Numbered from the stretch's first letter, positions 28,592 through 42,346 are shown. The stretch is 64,000 nucleotides of DNA from Eledone cirrhosa (GCA_964016885.1 OZ024745.1:130634001-130698000); one strand, 5' to 3'. Numbers and translations are program-made. Notes: generated by a model from the letters alone, not told the origin.

Positions 28592-28735
28592 TAATGGTTT
28601 CTTATATAGGCACAAGGCCAGCAATTTAGGGGGAAGGGAAACTCGATTAAATTGACTCCATTGCGTGACTGGTACTTTATTTTATCGACTCCGTAAGGAT
28701 GAAAGGCAAAGGGAACCCGGAGGGATTTGAACTAA
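28592..28735 (-). mobile_element. SINE-M long-tail variant
   Basis: Same body plus an extra TCGATTAAATTGACTCC/GGGGAAGGG segment, as at 36027-36150 and 37385-37593. Confidence 0.75.
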
Positions 28736-29110
28736 TGATCAAAATAATGAAATCAAATTTCGAATATTTTTCTGAATGTCGTCAACATGTTTCCAATATT
28801 TGGACGTGTGGGTTGGCTCTGTTCCCACTAGGCTCCACATATTGCAACTCACCATGCTGTTTGATAACAGCCGGGTTCGTATACTATATATTGAATATTT
28901 TTCTATTACCAAAGAATCTCTCCAATGATAGAATTATGTCCAAAATTGCTTGTCTTAATTTATTGGTATAATTAATATTGTTTCTAATTCCAGAAACTAC
29001 AGTCAAGGGGAAGATACGAGCGAAACTTTTAAATACTAGTTTTTCTAGCTTGTATTTCCCAAATGGATGTTTCGGCATTAGATAAACTATGTTTATATAT
29101 ATATATATAG

Positions 29111-29161
<51 letters not shown>

Positions 29162-29292
29162 CATATATGTATATACACATAAATATATATACATATACAT
29201 ACATATATATTTATATATATATATATATCAAAATGAAAATCCGAAGGCATTGTAAAATTTCCAATCATACACCTTACTATATATATATATAT

Positions 29293-29380
<88 letters not shown>

Positions 29381-29391
29381 AGAGACAGAGA

Positions 29392-29439
<48 letters not shown>

Positions 29440-29779
29440 ATAAATGTTGAAATATTTCAAAATATACCCAGGATGAACATATCATCTTTACCTGATTATA
29501 AAATACCATATCTTGGATACTATTTAAGATTTTACTTTTCTATTGTTTTAATTTATAAATTTTAAGCGGAAAATTTTTCTGAACATGTTTTATATTTTCT
29601 CTTCTACAGGGACTAGTTGTAATGGCGTTTCTGAAACACAAAGACATACTTGATGCTCACTCTGTATATGATCATTCGAAGCATTCACTAAAATATCATT
29701 ATCAGAAGATACATTTTGGGGTCACTTGTGTTTTGTGGTTTATAATCAGAGAAAGACTTTATGCTCACCCTATACATAT

Positions 29780-29867
<88 letters not shown>

Positions 29868-29872
<5 letters not shown>

Positions 29873-30069
29873 AGCGAGTAGGACCCCGACGGCTGAGCTC
29901 AAGCCGTTTCGACGGCTAATTCTGGACTATTTAGTCCAGAATTAGCCGTCGAAACGGCTTGAGCTCAGCCGTCGGGGTCCTACTCGTTCCTATTACCCAC
30001 TCTACTACCCTAAGTGTTGAGTACTTTGGTGCGTTATGGTCCATCTGGTTCCTTACCACATTTCCTTCG

Positions 30070-30120
<51 letters not shown>

Positions 30121-30322
30121 TATGACCCCGACGGCAGAGCTCAAGCCGTTTCGACGGCTATTTCTGGATTAAAAAAGAAATACCCGTCGAAATAGCTGTC
30201 AAAACGGCTTGATCTCTGCGGTCGGGGTCATACTTTTTCCTATTTTCCACTCTACCACCCTAAGTATTGAGTACTCTGGTGCGTTATGGTCCATCTGGTT
30301 CCTTACCACAATTCCTTTGTTA
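29868..30322 (+). mobile_element. Family F: two tandem TA-embedded fold-back elements carrying the 3' half of a hammerhead
   Basis: 126-bp near-perfect palindrome 29868-29993; second copy 30118-30322; shared tail TGGTGCGTTATGGTCCATCTGGTTCCTTACCACA; GAAA-CGGCT-TGAGCTC-AGCCG-TC at 29951-29973. Confidence 0.8.
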
Positions 30323-30554
30323 TATCTATCTATATATATATATATATAGTCAAGGAGATTGAAGAGAAAGTGACAGGATATGTTAGATTAATGTATGTAC
30401 GTTTTAAGCAAGGTGCAATAAATATCAGAGGCTGTTATGTATAGTTGCCTTCACTCGAACATAAAGCATTTGCTTTCTTAGAGAAAATTGTAAGAATAAA
30501 CATGGATATTATGATTTATCACCAAACTGATACAATTAGCTTCTTTTTACATAT

Positions 30555-30654
30555 TTCTTCTTCTTCTTCTTCTTCTTCTTCTTCTTCTTCTCATTATTAT
30601 TAATGATATTATTATTGTTATTATTATTGTTATTATTATTATCATCATCATCAT

Positions 30655-30728
<74 letters not shown>

Positions 30729-30730
30729 AT
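30555..30730. repeat. Compound (TTC)(ATT)(ATC)(AGT) microsatellite
   Basis: Direct observation. Confidence 0.95.
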
Positions 30731-31199
30731 ACGCTTATCCATGTTTTTCTTATTAAAATATGCCCAATGGGTTTTTTCATTACTTCAGTTCAAAATTTAG
30801 GAGCATTGTCAAAAGAGTTGAATATTATATAAATAAAATGTACGTAACATATAAGTATATACATGCATATATGAAAATAAAGTAATAAATATAAAATCTA
30901 ATTCCTTCATTAATTTCACATTTTATCATAATTTCTTCGTGGACTGCCAATTCCAGTTTCAGAATAATACAAATGAATTACTGTAAAAAAGTGAAATTTA
31001 TACAGTCTCAAAATAAGTACGTATCTTAGAAATACCATTACTTAGCAGATTTATGTTGAAATATTCTTTATTTATATTCTTTGCCTTCTTAATTTCCTTT
31101 TTTCTTTCTTTCAAATTTAATTATTTTTTAGCGTTTTATGTTAAGCGCTTTCCGTTTTTTATTAATGTTTCTTCCCCCCCTCCCCTCCCTCTCTCACTC

Positions 31200-31421
<222 letters not shown>

Positions 31422-31633
31422 TATTCTCCCCAACGGTAGAGAAACCTTTGGTCGTTTGAACGGCTGCTATTTTTTAGCAGCACGGGATTGGCCTGTCCAC
31501 CTTGCTTTCTGTCTTTGCACACGGTACAAGACAAAATTGTTTCATCATTCATTTACTCTCATTCTGAGGCAGTTTTGTATGGCGCCAATTTGTAATTTGA
31601 TCTCGGGAATTTTATATTCTCCAAGAGAGAAAA

Positions 31634-31714
31634 GCCTTCTGACGATGATCTCTTTCTCAATGGGCATCCGTATGAATTATCTATTTGTTTGGGATCTGAA
31701 ACCGAGGTAAGGGC
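31634..31714 (+). ncRNA. Type-I hammerhead motif with long loop 2 (family C)
   Basis: GCCTT-CTGACGA-T-GATCTC-(~38 nt)-GGGATC-T-GAAA-CCGAGG-TA/AGGGC: stems I, II and III all pair, GUA cleavage triplet. Confidence 0.6.
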
Positions 31715-31974
31715 ACATATAGTAAGTACAGTGAATTTTTTGGAATCTATATTTTAGGCGAAACCTTAAAATCACTTTTAGCTGCATACCCAACTTCAAA
31801 AGCATAACCACTTATAAATCCCAACTAGATACCTACCTTATCTCCTTGCTCTTGTAGGAACAGAGATACATAGCTGTTACGCGATGAAGAAATGACCTCG
31901 TGCCAATATGTAGTTGAATCGTCCTTTGTGCTTCGAATCTCATGGCCAATAAAGAAAAAATTGGAATAATAATA

Positions 31975-32034
<60 letters not shown>

Positions 32035-32750
32035 GGTGGATTAGCAGTATCAGTAGAGGGTCTGACGCCATGATTTGCAGCATAGAGTTATGCCCCTTTA
32101 TGGTCTGAGTTCAAATCCCGCCGAGCTTGACTTTGCCTTTCATCCTTACGGAGATCGATAAAATAAAGTACCAGTAATTAACTGGTGTAATTGCTGGCCT
32201 TGTGCCTAAAGTAGAAACAATTAGTGGATTGGCTGTATCAGTAGAGGGTCGGACGCCATGCTTTGCAGCATAGAGTTACGGCCCATTTCCATTCTGAGTT
32301 CAAATCCCGCCGAGGTTAACTTTTCCTTTCATCCTTACGGGTTCGATAAAATAAAGTACCAGTAATGCACTGAGTAATTGCTGGCCTTGTGCCAAAAGTA
32401 GAAACAATTATTATTGGCAGTATCGATAGAGCGTCGTACAACATGCTTAGCGGCATAGAGTTAGAACTCTTTACGTCGTTAAAATAAAGTACCAGTAATG
32501 CACTGAGGTTTGATTTAATCGATTTTTTCTTCACCCAAAATTGTTGATCTTGTGCCTAGGTGGATTGGCTGTATCGGGAGAGGGTCGGACGCCATGCTTT
32601 GACGTATAGAGTTACGGCCCTTGCCATTCTGAGTTCAAATCCCGCCGAGGTTAACTTTGCTTTCATCCTTACGGGGTCGATAAAATAAAGTACCAGTAAT
32701 ACACTGGGTAATTTGCTGGCCTTGTGGCAAAAGTAGAAACAATTATTATT
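32035..32750 (+). mobile_element. Head-to-tail array of four SINE-M copies after an (ATT)n tract
   Basis: Copies at about 32035-32222, 32224-32412, 32415-32555 (degenerate) and 32559-32750. Confidence 0.85.
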
Positions 32751-33702
32751 ATTAAACTTAGTCACATGGACATAAAATTTGTTGAAGGTTGAGAGTCTAT
32801 TAACTCAAGCTACTGTAGTTGTATATTTCTTTATGTTATTGGTGCTGAAAAGGATATGATAGCTCACGTCAAACTCGACCGTAACAAACTACACCTTGTA
32901 GGACTTCCGCTTCCTTTACCAAGCAAAATCAATTACCCTCATTTGTGACGCAGTCTACCTTTATATATTTAGTTCGCTCTTTACACATGAGCAATTTTGG
33001 TTTCTCAAAACTGAAGAAGGTTACACGTGTGTCCAAAATTAATTTTTTACCCTTTTCAACTAAATAAGTTTCGGATATTATTCATATAAAGATAACAACT
33101 CAATATTAGATTAGTTATGTTTTTCAAATTCATACAAACAGTTTATACACATGCAGATACGCAATATGAAATTTAATATTAAGGTATGAGAACATTGATA
33201 ATACGGATTTGTAAAAAAATATCAATGCGAAGCGACAAATAATTCCCAACTTAATACAAAATTAGCATCAATTCAAAGATATATTTTCTGATGAAAGTTC
33301 TTCAAAAGATATATATGGAATAATGTATTTAAAACCTGCAATTCACACAATAAACAAACATAATAGTTTTACATAATAGTTTTAGGAAGAATGGTAAAAA
33401 AGAGAATTGAATTGTTATTTGAGAGTATATAGAATACTATCTATATATGCAGATAAATTACCAAGTATATCTATGCGCATGCGTGTTAATACGTACAGAA
33501 GTTGTTAATAGGTTGCTTAGAGCTAATCAAACATATCATCGTGTCGTGAAAGAAAATCTCAAGTATAGCATTCCATAGTATTTTGACATTAATACAGCTT
33601 CTATGATTTCCGTAGCACTGGCGAAATTTAATGACTACAAAAGGAAATATATTTGTCATGTATATTGTATCTTCAATAGGAGCAATATTTGAATACGTCT
33701 GT

Positions 33703-33833
<131 letters not shown>

Positions 33834-33918
33834 TTGTGTATATGTATATATAAATATATATATATATATATATACATATATGTATGTATGTATATATATA
33901 TATGTATATATATGTATG

Positions 33919-33983
<65 letters not shown>

Positions 33984-34101
33984 CCCTTACTGGTGAAATA
34001 AGAAACTACTGACCTTTCCTGTTTATAGTATATACATGAAAATTTTAGTAAGTAAGTTAATTTTTTAAATTCTTTTTAAAATTTTCTTATTTTACGTCTT
34101 T

Positions 34102-34156
<55 letters not shown>

Positions 34157-34158
<2 letters not shown>

Positions 34159-34412
34159 GATATTAAATAAATGGAAACTATATTTATAAAACCATATCTA
34201 TTTCATTATATATATTTCAGGGATATCATATTAATATCATATGATATCCCTGAAATATATATAATGAAATATATATAATGAAATAGATATGGTTTTATAA
34301 ATATAGTTTCCATTTATTTAATATCGTAAATATACTCCAAATACTTGTCGAGTGCTTTTATATCAGTTATAAATATTTACTAGTTGTAACCCAACAATTT
34401 AAATATAACTTT

Positions 34413-34414
<2 letters not shown>
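34157..34414 (+). mobile_element. Family B fold-back copy (palindrome centred in hammerhead stem II)
   Basis: 34157-34230 is inverted at 34240-34327; GAAATATATATAATGAAATAGATATGGTTTTATAAATATAGTTTCCATTTATT is shared with 35401-35476 and 57347-57410. Confidence 0.8.
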
Positions 34415-34458
<44 letters not shown>

Positions 34459-34459
34459 A

Positions 34460-34690
34460 TAATAATAGATTTGAAGACTAAAATCCAAAGAGGGCTCGAT
34501 AAAGATAAATATATATCAAATATATAAGAACCGTAGAGCAAATATTTATTAAAATAACAGATTAAAGTTTAAGCAAAGAATCGCTGCTTTCACCCTTAAC
34601 GGGATCTTCTGAAACTGTTTCAGAAGATCCCGCTAAGGGTGAAAACACCGATTCTTTGCTTAAACTTTAATCTGTTATTTTAATAAATAT
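34460..34690. mobile_element. Family D element with 149-bp palindrome
   Basis: Palindrome 34542-34690 centred at 34616; arms and 34468-34492 are homologous to 59003-59078. Confidence 0.8.
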
Positions 34691-34801
34691 ATATATATAT
34701 ATATACATATATATATAAAAGAATTTTCGCTCTACATGGCTGAATACTATAAATATAGTCTGAGTATTTCGAATATTAATAATAACATTCGATTCGCAAA
34801 G

Positions 34802-34953
34802 AAGCCTCAATTTTATAGCCATGTCAGTAGAATGAACCCTTCATTCCTGCCCTTGTGTTGGCATGTAAACAGAACTGCAAAACTGTTCACATGCCAACAC
34901 AAGAGCAAGAATGAAGGGTTCATTCTACTGACATGGCTATAAAATTGAGGCTT
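34802..34953. repeat. Hairpin with 71-bp arms and 10-nt loop
   Basis: 34802-34872 versus 34883-34953, three mismatches. Confidence 0.92.
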
Positions 34954-34979
34954 GTTTGTATAATTGCAAACGAATCAAA

Positions 34980-35154
34980 TTGGCAGTATCGGTAGAGGGG
35001 CGGACGCCATGCTTTGACGCATGCCCCTTGCCATTCTGAGTTCAAATCCCGCCGAGGTTAACTTTGCCTTTCATCCTTACGGGGTCGATAAAATAAAGTA
35101 TCAGTAATGCACTGGGATATTTACTGGCCTTGTGCCAAATGTAGAAACAATTAT
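34980..35154 (+). mobile_element. SINE-M
   Basis: Consensus match with small internal deletion. Confidence 0.85.
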
Positions 35155-35178
35155 TAATATTCAAAATACTCAGATTAC

Positions 35179-35395
<217 letters not shown>

Positions 35396-35456
35396 TTTTC
35401 TGGAGTATAATATCAATGATATTAATAAATGGAAACTATATTTATAAAACCATATT

Positions 35457-35517
35457 TATTCTATTATATATATTTCAAGGGTACCGAAACTTTGGTACGC
35501 CCTCATCAGATAAAATA
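35457..35517 (-). ncRNA. Minimal type-I hammerhead motif (family B)
   Basis: Minus strand TATTTTAT-CTGATGA-GGGCGTACC-AAAGTTTC-GGTACCCTT-GAAA-TATATA-TA/ATAGAATA. Confidence 0.65.
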
Positions 35518-36026
35518 CAAAATTTGTTTTATACATAGTGACATACCAAGGAATCAGACCTTGGATATCCAAACGGAACTTGAACCGTTATAAAGAGAGA
35601 GAGAGGTAGAGAGAGATAGAGAGAGAGAAAAGCGAGAGAAATTTTTAAAAAGTAAAGAATTCCAATTGTTGATGAAGTGGTAAGGCACCAAAGTTGGTAC
35701 TTGTAAGAAAGGGCAACAATGAATTGATGGTCCTCATAATACAATGCAAAGAGATTGCAAGAAAGGAGGAGATATTGCCACCAGCACCTTCAAGGTGCCA
35801 CAAACACTTATGAGGGTGCGAATGGTACTACAGACCAGCGAAGACATTAGGGAGAGTTACTGCCTTGATGTGGAGACCCCTAATTTGAAAGCCATTGGTA
35901 GGATTTTAAAGGGGTTCCTAAAAGGAGCCCTACGCGTCATGCTAGCAGCTAGAATGGCATTACGCTATTTATTGTGTATTGATCTACTTGTTTGGGCCCT
36001 TGAGGTCAATAAAAAAATTATTAAAG

Positions 36027-36150
36027 GTTAGTTTTGCATTCCATCCTTACGAGGTCGATAAAATAAAGTAGCAGTAATGCACTGGAGTCGACTTCATCGA
36101 CTTTCCCCTCCACAAAAATTACTGGCCTTGTGCCTATATCAGAAACTATT
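36027..36150 (+). mobile_element. SINE-M long-tail variant, partial
   Basis: Body plus long tail. Confidence 0.7.
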
Positions 36151-37002
36151 CTTAGGTAAGTCGGTGTTGAGTGACATATTGGTCAGAGGACTCAATACAA
36201 TCATCCTATTTCTCCTAGCCTAGGCTTTTTTCTGCAAAAATGAACCCGCATACATTCAGGTTGGGCATGAGCCGCATCAATCTCACTAATCTAAAACTAT
36301 TTGAAGTGGTCAGAGACCTGCCAAACTCTAAAAACCCAAATAGCAGTACCATGAAAAATAGGGCCCGAAAATGGGAAGAAATGAGGCAAAATTGGGAGAT
36401 TTTGCATAATGAAAGCTATACCCATTTTCGCAAATGAAGACATCTTTCATCCACCCCAAAATGGTTGGGAGATATCCCCGTCGGATGGGGAGAGTTGACA
36501 GGTCTGTGATCATGAAGATCTCCAATTCATTTAGTGCTGAATCACTTATAAATAAAAACAGTAGACTGCGATAATTAATTATTTCCATTCATTTTTTATA
36601 GTTTAAATTTAACTGAAGTCAATTTCGCTAAAGTTTAATCAACCAAGTACATTACTGATTAAAAATATCTGTGGTCTCGTGCTGAGTTTAGAAAATATTA
36701 TTTTAAGGATTGGTATTTTCAAGAATTATTTTAGATCACCCACAACTATACCTGCTTGTGTAAATACATGAAAATTTAAATATCTCATTTCTTTTCCCCT
36801 GAAGTAGAGCCACTATTTGGCCACGCGACCTGCTAAAGCTAGCGGCCAAATGTTATAAATTCGCGCTAATGATTTCCACTTCACAACAGGTGTAGTTTTA
36901 ATTAATTAAATCTGTTTTATTACTAATTTAAGTACGGTTCTCCACATAATTAAAATTTTGCTTTGCTGGTGCCACCACAAATTTATTTTTCAATGTTACA
37001 TA

Positions 37003-37656
37003 CAGGGTGATCCGAAAGTCTTGTCACCCCCTACCACGTCTTTTGCCCATGTCGTTATCGCTTAGTTCGTTGACGAATGTTGCCTTAAACGATTAACATT
37101 ATTATATATTATAATTAATAGCATAGTTAATGATACTATAATTAATGATATTATATATTATATTATTAAAACAAAAAGTAACTGTTTCTACTTTTGGCAC
37201 AAGGCCAGCAAATATTCCAGTGTATTACTGGTATTTTATTTTATCAACGCCGTAAGAATGAAAAGCAAATTTAACCTCGGCTAGATTTGAACTCAGACCA
37301 TAAAGAGCTGTAAATCTATGCTGCAAAGCATGGCCTCCGACCCTCTACCGATACTGCAAATCCACCGCCCATTAGAACAAAAAATAATTATTTCTAGTAC
37401 AGGGACAAGGCCAGTAATTTGGGGGAAGGGGAAAGTCGATTAAATCGCCCCCAGTGGTACTTTATTTTATCGACCACGTAAGGATGAAAGGCAAAGTTAA
37501 CCTCGGCGGAATTTGAACTCATATCATAAAGGGCCGTAACTCTGTGCAGCAAAGCATGGCGTCCGACCCTCTACCGATACTGCCAATCCACCGCAAACAA
37601 AGTTAAAGCAAAGTTAAAACATCATGTAGGGGTGACAAGACTTTCAGATCAGCCTG
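37003..37656. mobile_element. Tc1-like MITE with two nested SINEs
   Basis: TA|CAGGGTGATCCGAAAGTCTTGTCACCCCCTAC ... GTAGGGGTGACAAGACTTTCAGATCAGCCTG|TA; minus-strand SINE-M copies at 37178-37368 and 37385-37593. Confidence 0.85.
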
Positions 37657-37779
37657 TACGTACCAACATATATTCCACACCGCCTCTTTCATTTTCATAC
37701 ATTTCGATGTTCAGTCAAACATTAATTTGTGTTGCTCACATCCCCCACTTAACATCATGATTTACTCATATCATTAATC

Positions 37780-38055
37780 TTGGGTCTCGAATAATTTCCC
37801 CCACCACATTAATTTTTCAGATTTTTTCCATCCCCGACCCCGCTCTTATTCTACGTACCCACCCACCCCGCTTATTAAATGCTGCTAATCTATCTCCGAG
37901 GAAATTTTATTTCAATTTTCTTTAGACATTAAAAGAAACATTAAAAATGACAAAAAAAATTACATTACTAGAAATCCCATATATTATAAAATAAATAGGA
38001 TGGGTTGGGGTCTCGATATGTAAACTAAAGTACTAATTCTGGTGTTTTTTAAAAT
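37780..38055. mobile_element. Truncated second copy of the 18558-18940 MITE
   Basis: Shared blocks such as CATTACTAGAAATCCCATAT and AAATAGGATGGG..ATGTAAACTAAA. Confidence 0.65.
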
Positions 38056-38135
38056 TCGTACTAGGGTCGATTTAATCGATTTTAAATGTGTTGGCTTTGT
38101 GCCTAAATCAGAAACAAATATGTATGGTTCTATAC

Positions 38136-38455
38136 CAGGGGTGTGCAGCATATTCCATTGGCGGGCCACTTTTGAACATTGGAACAACTATTATGGCCAT
38201 TAATATTTATTAAGCACTATTCCAAAGATTCACCACAATGTCTTTCCATAACATGGAACTGGGAAATTATAACACACATAACCCTATCAGTGAAGCCCTT
38301 CAGTATAGTTCAACTAACATAAAAATTGTATTACAGTTACGAAAAAAATTCTAAATAAGCCTACAAGGTAAAAATTTAAAACGGTCATCGCAGGCCACTC
38401 TGAATGGTGTGGCTGGCCGAATTGTGGCCCGCGGGTCGCCTGTTGCACGCCCTTG
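38136..38455. mobile_element. hAT (Charlie-like) MITE, copy 2
   Basis: CAGGGGTGTGCA...TGCACGCCCTTG; TSD TTCTATAC/TTCTATGC. Confidence 0.85.
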
Positions 38456-39334
38456 TTCTATGCTACGCGTAAGACTATAACGTTTTAATTTGAGTTTTAC
38501 TTCAAATTTATTGTTTGGTGTTGTTTGGATTTAGTTTAACCTTGCGTATCTTTGGTTTCAATACCTGTCTTTAATTTAAATGTGCAACAATAGTTTATCG
38601 TATTGGCGAGTTATTTCGTATTGTTGAATAAATGTTTATACTTAGCATTAATTTGATTATACCATTGTTGAGTTTGTAGAATTATTTCGTTCCTGTTTTC
38701 GGTTGGTGAATTTAATGGCTATTTCTGCTGCGGGGAGGAGTATATTTAGAAGGTTTGTCGGAATCGTGGTTTCATGCCATTTAATTTGTTCGGGTTTATT
38801 GGTATTAAGCGAAATATGGTTTACATTAAATTATGGATGATTGCAATGTTTCGCCTTGATCGGTTCTGGTTCTGCTTGTTAATCGTGGCGTATCTTTATA
38901 TCGGTTCAGGCTTATTGAAGGTATATGGACGTAGATTATTTCTGATAGTTGTACTTATTATATGTGATTGCAATGCCAAATACGTTATGGGGTAGTTAGT
39001 GTCCGCTATAGAATAATATAGAGTTCAAGAACTACGACGACTGCAGCCTGATGACCTCTGTCTACCATGCACCACTAATTGTTGCGAGTTGATTCTCATG
39101 ATTAGAGCATTTGGGTTTGGTTTCGAAGAGGGTATATGGTTTTTTTATTATATGTGTTGAGCAACATGCGTATAGTGCATGTGATTCTGAGCAGATTTAT
39201 GGAATGTGTTGGCATGTGTGTGTGTGTGCGTATGTATTTGTGTGTGTTGTATGTGTGTGCGTCCATAGAAGATGGATCTGTGCACAGTTTCCGTATAGCA
39301 AATCCCACTCACAAGGCATTGATTTGTAGTAAAA

Positions 39335-39428
39335 TTCAGTTACCCAACGTTTCACGTAGTGAGACTAATTCTAAAACGAGTTGGTTGCAAAGCGAACTCC
39401 TTCACCACACAGCCATGGCTGTACCCAT
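39335..39428 (-). mobile_element. Degenerate tRNA-derived SINE head
   Basis: Minus strand ATGGCTGTGTGGTGAAGGAGTTCGCTTTGCAACCA: A-box-like start, decayed B-box. Confidence 0.5.
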
Positions 39429-39535
39429 ATAAATGTATATATATATATATATATATATATAAATACAGATATATGTATATATATATGTGTATATATATGT
39501 ATATATATATATACATATATATGTATATATATATT

Positions 39536-39612
<77 letters not shown>

Positions 39613-41561
39613 TCTTATGCAAAGAGCCACAATATTTGATGAGTATATTATGCAATTTGTGTGATCTCCATGGCTTTCCAAAATGTATTTACCACGTAAA
39701 TGAACCGAAATAACTATACTACATGGCACTCCACACCTAAGATATGCAAAATACGATTGAATCCACCAAGAAAACCATGACGTTCTCATACAATTAACCT
39801 GTTCTCCATCTATCTTTTGAAAAAAAGTTTACTAGCTTCCAAGTACCTAAAATTAATCATGGTGCGCTAGCTTTACTTAATAATCTCGACAGTGCGTGAG
39901 ATATTAATGTTATTTTCATGTGCAAGCGACGTGTGCTATATAAAATGGCTGCATAGAAAGCTACAGAATAAATAGTTGATTTGATTTCAGACCAGCGCAA
40001 AAGTACATCTTTTCAAGTTTACATTAACAACACGGTTTCGTGAATTAATTTTATAGCCATCTAATGTTGTAATACTGCTACATTACATTGAAATGAAAGC
40101 TTCACCTGTTGTGACTAAAGTCATAAATCTGTGGGAGTCAGTACCTTGCTAGAATAGTTAATGTTATGACAGAAAGGGAGAGAGAAAAAAGCAGAATATT
40201 TGAATCGGTTTGAAATCAAGTAAGTGGCAATACAAGTGCAAAGACTTCATAAATATATTTACCATGTACTGAGTTAAAGCACTTCATAAACATAATCAAC
40301 AACTAATGGTCGTTGATTTCGTTGTTGCTCAGTGCTGATCGACCAGACATATGATCAAAGACCTTCCAGCTGTGACCATCCTATTTTTCATTATCTAATG
40401 TGTCTTCTTTTGTTTAAGACAGTGGGATTTCAGAAAAATACTCTAGCTGCAATTTGTAGCAGTTTAGTGACTATGTAGTGGTGTTCGTGACAATGAGATT
40501 TTGTCTGATGTGAAACAAAGTATTTGAATTACATTTATAAATCAGAACAATCGGATAACTGACCTGTCCATTGGCCTCAACAATCACGTGTTGGCGTGCT
40601 TTTGTACCACGGCAGACTTTATGACATGACGTTATTTAAAATATTTTCTCTAAACCTTTTGATCGATTCAATGGAACCATTCTCACGAGTATGTTTCATT
40701 TATTATATTCATAAAAAATTAATTTTAATATCTTTGTGTGGTGTCAACGGCTTCAGCATTACATTCTTAGTTACCCTAGATTTAGTCAGTGTTAAAATAC
40801 TTTAATTGTCACCAAACTTCTTATTCTGTGAATAAACACACCTTATTTGGTAAGAAAAAATTAAAAAAGGGGAAACAAAAGGAAAGAAAGAAGAAAAAGA
40901 ACAGGAAAGGGAGGGGATGGCAAGAGCTCTGGTGTCGCAGAAGAGAGAGAGGGTTAAAGGATGGGTGATTGGGCTTTGGGCCTAAGGCGAGGGGGAAGGA
41001 GTGCTGCACCCCGTGGACAAGACGGCAAAAGCATTCCCCCGGTTATGGCCAGTGACACCTACTGCAACAGCAACCCAACATCGCAGGGCTCACTCCTCAG
41101 ACGAGCCGCCGACGCTCCAATCTTGCGGGTGAGCTCGGCAGTACGGGGTCCACTCTGTATATTTCTGTGGATATTGTGTACATCACCAACGTTACATGTT
41201 AACCAGTGGGCGTTAAATGCCTCTTAGGTGACACTATGATGGTTTCTAGTTTTGGCACAAGGCCAAATATATTTATAATAGTTATATATACATAATAGTT
41301 ATACATATATAATAGTTGTTATTCTCCAGGAAATATCTTTAGTATCTAATGAGCCAATGTAGTCGTTCAGCCACCGCGAAATAACAATATACTGCCGTTA
41401 AAATTCATAAAATGCGCTCTTTAAATATGAACATTTAAGAAACGTTGTTCTAGACCCATTATGTAAGAAGGGTGGAGGACTTATCTTGGATGTATTACCT
41501 CGTTTAAAACATGTACTGACAGTGACTTCGAGTCTTCAGCGTAGATTCTTGTTCTAAGTCG

Positions 41562-41637
<76 letters not shown>

Positions 41638-41783
41638 CTATGTGTACAGAAATAGAAAGTGCAATGCCAAAAACAAACACGTAGAGAGAATTATTAGAAA
41701 ACTATTGCGTTAACACGTAGGTCAACTGGAAAGGGGTGTTTATTGACGTTTCGGGCGTTAGGATTTCATCAAGAAAGAAGCGA

Positions 41784-42346
<563 letters not shown>

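Noticed and set aside
29590-29653. Strong splice acceptor TTTTCTCTTCTACAG|G followed by a short frame TSCNGVSETQRHT*
   Set aside because: Could be a terminal exon, but there is no partner exon or homology; needs RNA-seq
38480-39000. Possible decayed LINE endonuclease on the minus strand (similarly 3770-4100, 10340-10600, 11300-11650, 16380-16700, 35700-36000)
   Set aside because: Motif traces too degraded to support a call without a profile search
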